Assembly (NCBI GenBank): GCA_016930535.1
Contig: JAFGGN010000037.1
Span: 66,529 to 130,528, forward strand
Length of the DNA: 64,000 bases
Direction: 5' to 3'
DNA from: a bacterium
GTDB taxonomy: Bacteria > Zhuqueibacterota > QNDG01 > JAFGCO01
The notes below the pieces were generated by a model, which saw nothing but the letters and a program-made list of their open reading frames with translations, ran no database searches and had not been told where the DNA came from. Each line of letters starts with the position of its first letter. The stretch's first letter is position 1. Positions 1 through 10,172 of this stretch are shown one piece after another. Made by a program: the position numbers and the translations under genes.

Positions 1-65
1 TCCTGCTTATTATCATTACTGCTCACGGGTTGTCTGCATACCAAAGCACACGCGGATGCATTTTT

Positions 66-959
66 TTATTCAATCGCGGACTGAGACGAATCATCCGCCA
101 CCGCGGCCATGCCCGCCCATTCGCCCTGACGCAGCCGGTCGGCAATCCTGAAACCCTGGTTTTGAAGAGCCGCTGCCAGCTCATCCGCTTCGTGAACCAG
201 TATGCCCGAAATAATGAAGATCGTTTCCGGATGCACAAAACGCCGGATTCCAGGAATGATTTTCAAGAGTTCGATACGGTTGATATTGGCCAGAATGACA
301 TCGAAAATTCCAGCGGCAACCGCTTCCGTAGAACCGTGAAGCACATCGATTCTGGGACCGACACCATTGATACCGATATTTTCATGTGTATTTCCGAGTG
401 CATCCGCATCGATTTCCAACGCCATGCATCGCGCGCCCAGTTTTGCGGCTGCGATCGCCAGAATACCGCTGCCTGACCCGATATCCAGAACCCGGCTGTT
501 TTCATGCACGAATTTCTGCACGAGCCGCAGGCATAACTGCGTGGTCTCATGGGAACCGGTACCAAACGCCATGCGCGGCATGATGTCGATCGCAATCACG
601 CCGGACGGAACCTCAATTTGATGCCATGGCGCCTTGATGACAAACCGCTCACCGGCATAAACCGGCTGGAAATAATCCCGCCAGCCTGCGGACCAGTCCT
701 CGTCCGGATGTTCCGTGATCGCCGGATCACCCACGGAGAACTGCATCTTATTAAGGTCGCGAATAAACAGCCGGAGCCGATTCTTCAGCCGGTCGGTATC
801 CTCAATAGCCTGAAAATATCCCATGACCGCTTTTTCTCCTTCTTCGACCCCTGCGGCACCCATCTCAAAAAGAAAGTTCGACAATGCTTCGTACGCCGCA
901 GTATCGCCGGGAACGGTTACCAGAAACCAGCTGGAATGCGTATCCGGTTCCTTCATCAT
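66..959 (-). CDS. prmA: Ribosomal protein L11 methyltransferase
   Basis: MAFGTGSHETT motif, SAM-binding VLDIGSGSGILAI, DVILANI and SGIL motifs typical of PrmA. Confidence 0.93.
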   Translation of the reverse strand: MMKEPDTHSSWFLVTVPGDTAAYEALSNFLFEMGAAGVEEGEKAVMGYFQAIEDTDRLKNRLRLFIRDLNKMQFSVGDPAITEHPDEDWSAGWRDYFQPVYAGERFVIKAPWHQIEVPSGVIAIDIMPRMAFGTGSHETTQLCLRLVQKFVHENSRVLDIGSGSGILAIAAAKLGARCMALEIDADALGNTHENIGINGVGPRIDVLHGSTEAVAAGIFDVILANINRIELLKIIPGIRRFVHPETIFIISGILVHEADELAAALQNQGFRIADRLRQGEWAGMAAVADDSSQSAIE

Positions 960-963
960 GAAA

Positions 964-1875
964 TTACAATCCCTCGTAAATCAGACTTAAAAGCAGGGTT
1001 CCGACAGTTCCGAGACTCTCCGCACTGCATTTATCCGGCGTGTCTTCGAGCGTATGCCAGTACGGGTAATCGAAGTCAATGATATCCACAGCCGGCACGC
1101 CCGAACGAAGCAGCGGCAGGTGATCGTCGATCACGGCCGGTCCTTCCCTGTCGATGAACTCGGACAATCCCAGATTATGCGCCCGTGTCCAGATAATCTC
1201 CACAAACCGGGGAGCATATTTTTGAGAATATCCCTCGATCGGGAAGGCCAGATCGCTGTCTCCCACGAGATCCAGAAGAACCGCGAATTCCGGTCGCGTT
1301 TTCAGTATTCCGGATTTCGCAAAATACTGTGAACCCAGGCACCAGGACTCCCAATCGCCTTCGATGCCTGAATCCTCCGCATCAAAAAATACGATGTCCA
1401 CGCCCACAGGGGCGGGCGATTCCTTTAAAATCCGTGCGATCTCCAGCAGTATGGCCACACCGGATGCGCCGTCATTGGCGCCGGGGATGGGGTGCTGGCG
1501 ATTTTCCGGAGCCGGATCCTGATCGGCAACCGGCCGTGTATCCCAGTGGGCACACAGCAGGATCCGCTGCGGCTGGAAACCGAATGAAGCCATTATATTC
1601 GTATATCTGCACATTTGTGTTTTACCGGGCACCCGGTCATGAAAGACCTGCTTCTGGACCCTGTCCGTGTATTGTCCGAGCGTGGATACCAGATAGTCAA
1701 GACATGCCCGATGCCCCTGTGAACCCGGATTCCGCGGCCCGAACGCACACTGTTTTTGCAAGGCTTCAAAGGCCCGGGTTTTGTCGAAACCGGGTGCCTG
1801 ACCGTGACAGGCTGAGATGGCATGCATCAGGATCAGAATACCAATTCCGGATTTTACGAAGGCATTGCTGTTCAC
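964..1875 (-). CDS. M28-family lipoprotein, glutaminyl-peptide cyclotransferase-like
   Basis: AHWDTRP, GANDGASG, FFDAED, DDH and YWHT zinc-site motifs. Likely GTG start at 1875 behind AGGAG (ORF track starts at 1929); lipobox-like ISAC. Confidence 0.8.
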   Translation of the reverse strand: MNSNAFVKSGIGILILMHAISACHGQAPGFDKTRAFEALQKQCAFGPRNPGSQGHRACLDYLVSTLGQYTDRVQKQVFHDRVPGKTQMCRYTNIMASFGFQPQRILLCAHWDTRPVADQDPAPENRQHPIPGANDGASGVAILLEIARILKESPAPVGVDIVFFDAEDSGIEGDWESWCLGSQYFAKSGILKTRPEFAVLLDLVGDSDLAFPIEGYSQKYAPRFVEIIWTRAHNLGLSEFIDREGPAVIDDHLPLLRSGVPAVDIIDFDYPYWHTLEDTPDKCSAESLGTVGTLLLSLIYEGL

Positions 1876-2009
1876 CGTTGTCTCCTGTAATGTCCAAAGC
1901 AATTTATAATAATCGGGAGCCATTGTCAACAGCCCATTGGAATAACCATTGTATTTTCATCCCTGATCCATTATATTTGCATGATTCCTAAAGATTCCGG
2001 GAGTGTTTT

Positions 2010-3290
2010 TTGAATTATCATCAGGCCATCGAAACACTTTTCAGCCGAAAACAATCCCATATCAAACTCGGTCTGGAAAGAATGGAATCCCTGCTGGACG
2101 CGCTTGGGCATCCCGAAAAAGCGTTCGCTTCACTTCACATCGCAGGCACCAACGGAAAAGGGTCCACGGCCGCTATGCTGGCATCGGTTTGCCAGGCTGC
2201 GGGTTACCGGACCGGATTGTATACCTCCCCCCATCTGATCGATGTCCGGGAACGCATCCAAATTCAGGGACGGATGATTTCCGAGACGGCATTCATGACG
2301 GTTCTCGATCAAATTCAGCCTGAAATCGACCGGACAGAAGCCACATTCTTCGAAATCCTCACAGCCATGGCGTTTTTGATATTTAAAACGGAAAAAGTGG
2401 ATATCGCGGTCATTGAAACCGGCCTGGGCGGAAGGCTGGATGCCACGAATACGCTTGTGCCCGAATGCACGATCATCACGGAAATCGGCCTGGATCACAC
2501 ACAAATCCTGGGCAGAACGCTTCAGCCGATTGCCGCGGAAAAGGCCGGTATATTCAAACCCGGAATTCCATGCATCGTGGGATCCCGAAACAATGCGGTC
2601 AATGCATTTTTTAAAAGGAAGGCGGATGCCCTGCACAATTCAATCCGTTTTTCCAGGCAATCGGTCAGAATGAGCCGTGTCCGGCTGACGGAACAGGGAA
2701 CCTGGGCGGATGTACAAAGCCCCCGGCAGACCTATGCGGATCTGTTTTTGCGTCTGCTTGGCGCGCATCAGCTTGACAACCTTGCCACGGTTATCCTGAG
2801 TGTGGAGACCCTGCAGGAAAGGGGCTGGCGTCTGCCCGAGGCGTCGATACGCCAGGGCCTCACCGAAGTGACATGGCCGGCACGCATGGATCTGGTTCAG
2901 ACAAAGCCCAAAGTGCTGCTGGATTCCGCGCACAATCCGATGGGGATGAAGCAGCTGGTTCGCGGACTTACCCGAATATTCAGATACAACACGCTGATTC
3001 TGCTGTTTGGTGTTCTTGCAGACAAAAATCACAGACGCATGCTGAAAACAATTGCGCCCCTGGCGGACCGGATCATCGTGACGCGGCCGTTGAGCGACCG
3101 TGCCCTGCATCCCGACCAGCTCGAACCGATACCGGAAATCCGGGACAAAATGGTTTTAAAAATACCCGACATCCGGGAAGCCTGGAAGAAAGCCTTGATG
3201 ATGGCGGGAGAAGACGATATGATCTGTGCCGCCGGATCCATCTATTTTGTGGGAGAAGTGCTGAGACTGCATCGCGAACAAAAAAAATAA
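2010..3290 (+). CDS. folC: Folylpolyglutamate synthase/dihydrofolate synthase
   Basis: HIAGTNGKGS, YTSPHL, ETGLGGRLDATN, DSAHN and GSIY motifs; TTG start. Confidence 0.95.
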   Translation: MNYHQAIETLFSRKQSHIKLGLERMESLLDALGHPEKAFASLHIAGTNGKGSTAAMLASVCQAAGYRTGLYTSPHLIDVRERIQIQGRMISETAFMTVLDQIQPEIDRTEATFFEILTAMAFLIFKTEKVDIAVIETGLGGRLDATNTLVPECTIITEIGLDHTQILGRTLQPIAAEKAGIFKPGIPCIVGSRNNAVNAFFKRKADALHNSIRFSRQSVRMSRVRLTEQGTWADVQSPRQTYADLFLRLLGAHQLDNLATVILSVETLQERGWRLPEASIRQGLTEVTWPARMDLVQTKPKVLLDSAHNPMGMKQLVRGLTRIFRYNTLILLFGVLADKNHRRMLKTIAPLADRIIVTRPLSDRALHPDQLEPIPEIRDKMVLKIPDIREAWKKALMMAGEDDMICAAGSIYFVGEVLRLHREQKK

Positions 3291-3369
3291 ATTCCAGGTT
3301 GATTTTGGACGCGGTTTTGCTTATACTGTGCGGTTCGTTGAGATGTATTAAAAAACAAGGATCATTTTT

Positions 3370-5505
3370 ATGACACAAGTTGAACACCATTTCCCCTATA
3401 TCCCGGACAGGCTGGACCGTCTTGGAGATCTTGCCTACAATCTGTGGTTCAGCTGGCATTCGAAAGCGGTGCGATTGTTTCAGATGATGGATCGCAAATT
3501 GTGGGAAAATGTCAAGCACAATCCGGTGCGTCTTCTCCATGAAATAGACCCCCAGCGCCTCGATGACCTGGCATCCGATGCCCGTTTTCTGGAGTATTAT
3601 GACCGGGTCATTTCCACATTCGACCATTACTTCTCAAAACAGGACACCTGGTTCAAGTATAATTTTCCAGATAAAAAAAATTCCCTTATCGCATACTTCT
3701 CCATGGAATTCGGCCTGCACGAATCGCTTCCCATCTATTCGGGCGGTCTGGGCATTCTGGCCGGGGACCATCTGAAATCGGCAAGCGATCTGGATCTTCC
3801 CCTGGTGGGTATCGGTCTCTTGTACAGGGAAGCCTATTTTACACAGTTCATCTCCATGCATGGCCATCAGCAGTCGATTTACCTGTACAATGATTATTCG
3901 GACATGCCCATCGCGAACGTTCTGGAGGACAGCGGTGATCCGCTGGTTGTCAAGGTGGAAATCGAGGACCGGGAAGTTGCCCTGCGCGTCTGGGAAGCCA
4001 AAATCGGCCGGATTTCCCTGTACCTGCTCGATACGGATTTTCACGAAAACCGGTCCGATGACCGCGAAATTCTGAAACGGCTTTACATCGGCAACCGCGA
4101 CATGAGACTCGTTCAGGAAATCCTTCTGGGTGTCGGAGGCGTGCGTGCGCTGCAGGCTATGAACATTCATCCCGCTGCATGGCACATGAACGAAGGGCAC
4201 TGTAATTTTTCGAGTCTTGAACGCGTCCGTGAAATGGTCGAAAAGGGCGGATCGGCCCAATCGGCACTGAAAAAAATCAAAGCAAACAGCCTGTTTACCA
4301 CGCACACACCGGTGCCTGCAGGGAACGAGGTTTTCGGTTTCGACAGGGTCGCGCATTTCATCGATCCCGTTATCCAAAAATCAGGTTTGAAAAAAGACAC
4401 TTTGAAATCCCTGGGACAGGAGGAAATGTCTCACGATCCAAATGCATTCAATATGACCATTTTCTCAATCAATACATCCCGGTACATCAATGCGGTCAGT
4501 CAGCTTCACGGGCAGGTGGCAAGGCAGATGTGGCACAAATTGTGGCCGGAATTGTCGCTTGAAGACGTGCCTATAGGCGCCATTACCAACGGCATTCATT
4601 CCAGAACCTGGATCACGTCCGAAATGAAAGATCTTTTCGACCTGCATTTCGGCGAAGACTGGCGATATCATCTGATGAGGGAAGATTTCTGGCAAAACAT
4701 CGGTTCCCTTCCCGATGCTCAACTCTGGAAAACAAGACAGATCCTGCGCCGCAAACTGCGGCATGACATACGCTGCCGTCTGACTGCACAGCGAGAGCGG
4801 AACGGTGAACCCAGAGAAAGCGTGGACGAAGCCAAAAACTACCTGGAACGGAACGCCCTGACCATCGGTTTCGCACGCAGGGTTGCAGAGTACAAGCGGG
4901 CCACATTGCTGTTTCGCAACCGGGATTGGCTGAAATCGATTCTGCACAAACCGGACATGCCGGTTCAGATTATTTTCGCAGGTAAATCCCATCCGGAAAA
5001 TCAGCCGGGAAAAACACTGATCAAAGAAATATATGATGAAAGCCGGAATCCGGATTTCGCGGGAAAGATCATATTTGTCGAGGATTATGACATGGCCTTC
5101 GCACGCCGGCTGATCTCGGGCGTGGATGTCTGGATGAATACTCCCCGGCGCCCGCTCGAAGCCAGCGGTACGAGCGGCATGAAGGCCGCAGCCAACGGTG
5201 CCGTCAATTTCAGTATTCTGGATGGGTGGTGGCAGGAAGCTTATGACGGCAGCAACGGCTGGTCCATCGGCGAAGACCGGGAGTACTACAACAGCTGGGA
5301 ACAGGACGAGGCGGACAGCCGCTCGATCTATGAAACCCTTGAAAAAGTCATCCTGCCGCTGTTCTTCAAACGGGACGAGGACGGCGTGCCCGCCGAATGG
5401 CTCGAAATCGTGAAAAATTCCATCAAAACCATACTTCCGGTATTCAATACGGACCGCATGGTCAGGGATTATACCATGAATTACTATAAAAATATGATGA
5501 AATGA
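3370..5505 (+). CDS. glgP: Alpha-glucan (glycogen/maltodextrin) phosphorylase, GT35
   Basis: YSGGLGILAGD, HMNEGH, TTHTPVPAG, EASGTSGMK (PLP lysine). Confidence 0.95.
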   Translation: MTQVEHHFPYIPDRLDRLGDLAYNLWFSWHSKAVRLFQMMDRKLWENVKHNPVRLLHEIDPQRLDDLASDARFLEYYDRVISTFDHYFSKQDTWFKYNFPDKKNSLIAYFSMEFGLHESLPIYSGGLGILAGDHLKSASDLDLPLVGIGLLYREAYFTQFISMHGHQQSIYLYNDYSDMPIANVLEDSGDPLVVKVEIEDREVALRVWEAKIGRISLYLLDTDFHENRSDDREILKRLYIGNRDMRLVQEILLGVGGVRALQAMNIHPAAWHMNEGHCNFSSLERVREMVEKGGSAQSALKKIKANSLFTTHTPVPAGNEVFGFDRVAHFIDPVIQKSGLKKDTLKSLGQEEMSHDPNAFNMTIFSINTSRYINAVSQLHGQVARQMWHKLWPELSLEDVPIGAITNGIHSRTWITSEMKDLFDLHFGEDWRYHLMREDFWQNIGSLPDAQLWKTRQILRRKLRHDIRCRLTAQRERNGEPRESVDEAKNYLERNALTIGFARRVAEYKRATLLFRNRDWLKSILHKPDMPVQIIFAGKSHPENQPGKTLIKEIYDESRNPDFAGKIIFVEDYDMAFARRLISGVDVWMNTPRRPLEASGTSGMKAAANGAVNFSILDGWWQEAYDGSNGWSIGEDREYYNSWEQDEADSRSIYETLEKVILPLFFKRDEDGVPAEWLEIVKNSIKTILPVFNTDRMVRDYTMNYYKNMMK

Positions 5506-5663
5506 TTCTTCTGAAATAGCCTGCCTCGTTCCCGGCGGAAGCAGGACATCCGCCGGGGACATTCATTATCACTGACATAATCGTGTTACTCCCTTGACTT
5601 TCATTTGTACAATGAGTAATTTTGTTTTCAGTCAATCCATCCGTAAAAAATTGGGGACAAGCC

Positions 5664-7469
5664 ATGTGTCGTCTTAAATTGTGGATACCGATGATCATCT
5701 GCATTGTAACAGGATCCGTTTTCGCCGATCCTCTGATTATCAATGTGGACGGACGTCAAACCCTGTCGCTGAACGGAAAATGGCAGTATATCGTGGATCC
5801 GTATGAATTGGGATACTATGATTACCGTTATAAACCCGATCCGAATGGATGGTTTAAAAACGCAAAACCCCGGAATAAATGGGACCGGGTTGAATACAGC
5901 TTTGACGATTCCAGGCTGCTCCACGTTCCCGGCGACTGGAACAGCCAGACAGACAAGCTCTACTACTATGAAGGGACGGTCTGGTATAAAAAGGATTTCG
6001 ACTGTCACCCGGAACCTGGCAGAAGGGCGTTTGTTTATTTCGGCGCCGTAAATTATGAAGCCAAAGTGTTTTTGAACGGGCAGCCCGTCGGTGAGCATAC
6101 GGGCGGATTTACACCATTTAATTTTGAAATAACACCATATCTCAGGGATGGTAACAATGTCATCGTTGTCAAGGCGGACAACAAACGGTCGAGAGAAGGT
6201 GTGCCGACGGTCAACACGGACTGGTGGAACTTCGGCGGCCTGACCCGGCGGGTCATGCTGATCGATGTGCCCGAGACCTATATACGGGATTATTTCATAC
6301 AACTGGAAAAAGGATCTGCCGACCGAATCGGGGGCTGGATACAGCTCGACGGCAGGGACAGCCAGGAGCCGGTCCTGGTGTACATTCCGGAACTGAACGT
6401 AACAAAGGTTCTGCATCCGGACAAAACAGGCAGGGCAGGTTTTCACATGCAGGCATCACCCGAACCTTGGTCGCCCGACGATCCAAGACTGTATACGGTT
6501 CGGATTGTATGCGGAAAAGACACAGTGGAGGACCGGATCGGATTCCGGCGCATTGAAACCCGTGACCATGATATTCTCCTCAATGGCAGTCCTGTCTTTT
6601 TAAGGGGCATCTGTATACACGAACAAAAACCGCTCGGGGGCCGCGTGTCGACAGAGGAGCAGGCCAGGGCACTTCTGACCTGGGCCAGGGAGCTGAACTG
6701 CAACTTTATCAGGCTGGCCCATTATCCGCACAACGAATATATGATCAGACTGGCCGACGAGATGGGCATTCTTGTCTGGGCTGAAATTCCGGTTTACTGG
6801 ACCATCCTGTGGGACAATCCGGAAACATATAAAAACGCAGAGAACCAGCTTGGCGAAATGATCACACGGGATAAAAACCGTGCATCCGTCATTCTGTGGT
6901 CCCTGGCCAATGAAACACCGCTCGAACAAAGCCGTCTCATGTTTATCAAAAATCTGGCGGATCGTGCCCGTGCACTGGATCCGACACGGCTGCTTACCGC
7001 AGCCATGGAACGGCATTATATCGATTCAAAAACGCAGATGATCGACGATCCGCTCGGTGAAGTCCTGGATGTGTTCGGATGCAACGAATACATCGGCTGG
7101 TATGACGGTCTGCCGTCCAAATGCGACAGCATTGAATGGCGCATGACCTATAAAAAGCCCCTCATCATCAGTGAGCTTGGCGGCGGTGCGCTGCAGGGCC
7201 TGCACGGAGACACGCTGACGCGCTGGACAGAGGAATACCAGGAAAACCTGTATCAGCATCAGCTCGTTATGCTGAAAAAAATTCCGTTTCTCCGCGGCGT
7301 CACACCATGGATACTCATGGATTTTCAATCCCCCCGGCGGCCGCTGACCGGCATTCAGGACGATTGGAACCGAAAAGGCCTCATTTCGGACAACGGTCAG
7401 AAAAAACGCGCCTTCCGGATTCTGAAACATTGGTATGATCAACTGGAATCCCGGAACAAGAAAGAGTAA
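5664..7469 (+). CDS. Secreted GH2 beta-glucuronidase
   Basis: GH2 motifs RLAHYP, acid/base NE (LANET), nucleophile SELG and the GUS N-x-K signature (WNRKG); signal peptide from ATG 5664. Confidence 0.85.
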   Translation: MCRLKLWIPMIICIVTGSVFADPLIINVDGRQTLSLNGKWQYIVDPYELGYYDYRYKPDPNGWFKNAKPRNKWDRVEYSFDDSRLLHVPGDWNSQTDKLYYYEGTVWYKKDFDCHPEPGRRAFVYFGAVNYEAKVFLNGQPVGEHTGGFTPFNFEITPYLRDGNNVIVVKADNKRSREGVPTVNTDWWNFGGLTRRVMLIDVPETYIRDYFIQLEKGSADRIGGWIQLDGRDSQEPVLVYIPELNVTKVLHPDKTGRAGFHMQASPEPWSPDDPRLYTVRIVCGKDTVEDRIGFRRIETRDHDILLNGSPVFLRGICIHEQKPLGGRVSTEEQARALLTWARELNCNFIRLAHYPHNEYMIRLADEMGILVWAEIPVYWTILWDNPETYKNAENQLGEMITRDKNRASVILWSLANETPLEQSRLMFIKNLADRARALDPTRLLTAAMERHYIDSKTQMIDDPLGEVLDVFGCNEYIGWYDGLPSKCDSIEWRMTYKKPLIISELGGGALQGLHGDTLTRWTEEYQENLYQHQLVMLKKIPFLRGVTPWILMDFQSPRRPLTGIQDDWNRKGLISDNGQKKRAFRILKHWYDQLESRNKKE

Positions 7470-7531
7470 TGGTTCATTTTTCTGCTGTAACACAATGATT
7501 TCCCAATCATCGACCGAGCCGAGAGGAACAC

Positions 7532-8842
7532 ATGGAAAGATACAATCTCATCAGCTTCGCAGGCATTTTTATTCTCATGGGACTTGCCTGGATATTTTCA
7601 GCCAACCGAAAAAAAATGAACTGGCGTCTCATATTCTGGGGAGTCGGCCTGCAAATGATTTTTGCCGCTTTTATTTTCTGGCTTCCGGCAGGCAGACAAT
7701 TTTTTCTGGGTATCAATCAGGGCGTGGTCAAAATTCTCGACAGTGCCATGGCAGGCACCGAATTCGTATTCGGCCGTCTTGCCCTGCCCCCGGGAACGGA
7801 AAACGAAGCGGGTGAAACCTCTCTGGGTTTCTTTCTGGCTTTCCAGGCGTTTCCGGCTATCGTATTCTTTGCGGCACTGATGAGCGTTCTTTATTTTCTG
7901 AAGATCATGCCCGTGATTATCCGGGGTTTTGCATACGTATTCACAAAACTCATGCACGTCAGCGGCGCCGAATCCATGTGCGCGGCATCCAATATTTTCG
8001 TCGGTATCGAATCCACACTGACCGTGAAGCCGTTCCTCGCGAATATGACCAGGTCCGAACTCGCAACTGTACTGACGGCCGGCATGGCCACTGTGGCATC
8101 CAATGTACTGGCGCTTTACGTATTTATGCTTCAGGGACAATTCCCGACCATAGCCGGACATCTGGTCTCCGCCTCCATTCTGTCCGCACCCGCCGCACTG
8201 ATCATGTCGAAAATCATACTGCCGGAATCCGGCACTCCCGAAACACTCGGCATGCATGTCCAACCCGCATATACGCGCGAGAACAATCTGTTCGAAGCCA
8301 TCATCAACGGTGCCAACTCGGCCGTCAGGCTCATTGTCGGTATCGCGGCACTGCTCATTGCCGTACTGGGGCTGGTCGCGCTCCTGGACCTGATTCTGGG
8401 AGGTGTCGGAAGCGGCATCAACCGGCTGTTCTCCATCAGCATGGACTGGACGCTGAAGGGTTTACTGGGTTATCTGTTCTATCCGGTGACACTCATCATC
8501 GGCATCCCGTTGCAGGATGCCTGGGAGATTTCAAAAATTATCGGCGAACGCGCCGTTGTAACGGAAGTCACTGCCTATCAGGATCTTGCCGTGTTGCTGT
8601 CCAGGGACACACTCGTACATGCCCGCTCCGCCTTCATCTGCACCTATGCGTTGTGCGGATTCGCCCATGTCGCCTCCCTGGCCATATTTGTCGGCGGGGT
8701 CACCGCTCTTATCCCGGAACGTAAAAATGACCTCTCCGTGCTCGGCCCGCGTGCCCTGCTGGCCGCGACCCTGGCCTGCCTTATGACCGCGGCCGTGGCC
8801 GGCACGTTTTATAACCAGGGCTCGATATTGCTGGGCAATTAA
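7532..8842 (+). CDS. nupC: Concentrative nucleoside transporter (CNT/NupC family)
   Basis: SGAES..AASNIFVG, GMATVA and YALCGFA motifs; multi-TM. Confidence 0.9.
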   Translation: MERYNLISFAGIFILMGLAWIFSANRKKMNWRLIFWGVGLQMIFAAFIFWLPAGRQFFLGINQGVVKILDSAMAGTEFVFGRLALPPGTENEAGETSLGFFLAFQAFPAIVFFAALMSVLYFLKIMPVIIRGFAYVFTKLMHVSGAESMCAASNIFVGIESTLTVKPFLANMTRSELATVLTAGMATVASNVLALYVFMLQGQFPTIAGHLVSASILSAPAALIMSKIILPESGTPETLGMHVQPAYTRENNLFEAIINGANSAVRLIVGIAALLIAVLGLVALLDLILGGVGSGINRLFSISMDWTLKGLLGYLFYPVTLIIGIPLQDAWEISKIIGERAVVTEVTAYQDLAVLLSRDTLVHARSAFICTYALCGFAHVASLAIFVGGVTALIPERKNDLSVLGPRALLAATLACLMTAAVAGTFYNQGSILLGN

Positions 8843-8853
8843 CAGGAGGGGAT

Positions 8854-9738
8854 GTGATGCAAAAGAAATGGTTGGCTGTCCTGACATTGTCCGTACTGAT
8901 CAGCGGATGCGGATTGACGCACCGCCAGCTCCTGAAGACGCATCAGTTCGGATCGGCCACTGAAAAAATGGGCGCCCTCGGTGAGGAAGAATTCGAAAAC
9001 ATCCGGTCGAACATCATTCGCATGAACAGTGAACTGATGGCGATCGACAATACCAAAACCTCCGCCAGCCTCATCCTGGACAGACCCGCGTCCGCCGAAG
9101 CGACCATGAAAAGAGTAGCCGCCTGCAAGGCCCTGCGCAGTTACGGTGAACTGCTGGTCAAACTGGCGGACAAAAACGACAAAGACAATCTGCAGACAGT
9201 CACCGAATCCCTGACTCAAAACTCGGCCCTTGCATTGCAGACCGAGCTGACCGACGAACAGATCGAGGCCATCGGCAGATGTGCGGCCGGTTTCGGACAT
9301 ATCTTTATCGAAAAGAAAAAAGCCGATGCATTAAAAAAAATCATTCCCGCATATGAAAAACCTGTTCACGACCTGGCGCGGCTTCTGATGGTCGATTTCT
9401 CTCTTGCAGCCGACATGGATTCCGTAGGATATTTAAAAGCCCTCGATATAACGGCGCGCCGTCTTAAAAACGCCTCGATCAGGCTGGTGAATGCCGGCGC
9501 GGAATATTCCGTCTATGAAAGGGACCGGGCGGTTCAGGCCTATGTGCTTGCCGAACAGATGCTCACAAGATCGGAATCCCTGAACAAAAAGGCCGTGAGC
9601 AGCATCAAAGGACTGCAGAAAGCCAATTCCGAACTCGTCCGGATCATGCTTAAAGACAGGCCGGAGGCGGACGATATTAAAAAATACGCCGAGGAAATCA
9701 ACGAACTGATGAATGCCTATCAGGTATTAACCAAATAA
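8854..9738 (+). CDS. Hypothetical alpha-helical lipoprotein
   Basis: AGGAGG RBS, lipobox LISGC, helical charged composition; family not recognised. Confidence 0.75.
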   Translation: MMQKKWLAVLTLSVLISGCGLTHRQLLKTHQFGSATEKMGALGEEEFENIRSNIIRMNSELMAIDNTKTSASLILDRPASAEATMKRVAACKALRSYGELLVKLADKNDKDNLQTVTESLTQNSALALQTELTDEQIEAIGRCAAGFGHIFIEKKKADALKKIIPAYEKPVHDLARLLMVDFSLAADMDSVGYLKALDITARRLKNASIRLVNAGAEYSVYERDRAVQAYVLAEQMLTRSESLNKKAVSSIKGLQKANSELVRIMLKDRPEADDIKKYAEEINELMNAYQVLTK

Positions 9739-9750
9739 CGGGGGAGTTCC

Positions 9751-10071
9751 ATGACCAAGCTCCGGGATGCCGTTGATGAAACCATAGAAAACCTGGAAAA
9801 AATCAGGGATGCACAGAATCCGCCGGACAACGAAGTGCTCATCCGGCTGGACGCGCTCTATGAACAGAAAATCAGGCTGCTGGAAGTCCATATCAACGAA
9901 GCGACAGATGATTACAAAAAAGCCCTCAAATCCCTCAATTCAGCTGCAAAAAGCACAAAAAAAGCGATTAAAGACCTTTCCAGACTTCAGGAGGCCCTGA
10001 AAAAGGTGGCAACGGCCCTGGATAAAATGACCCGCCTGCTCCAGGCAGGTCCGGCTGTACTGCACGGATGA
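9751..10071 (+). CDS. Hypothetical small coiled-coil protein
   Basis: GGGGAG RBS 12 bp after the previous stop; heptad-like amphipathic helices. Confidence 0.7.
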   Translation: MTKLRDAVDETIENLEKIRDAQNPPDNEVLIRLDALYEQKIRLLEVHINEATDDYKKALKSLNSAAKSTKKAIKDLSRLQEALKKVATALDKMTRLLQAGPAVLHG

Positions 10072-10172
10072 TCGCACCCGTATCAGGCTTTGCTTCAGAG
10101 GTTGTCTTGATATCGTTCGTATATACCATTTAAATATCTCGGAAGCAGTCTGTCTCAGCCGGACGGATTTTG

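Noticed and set aside
1..65. Start of a further minus-strand gene
   Set aside because: Too little sequence to support a call
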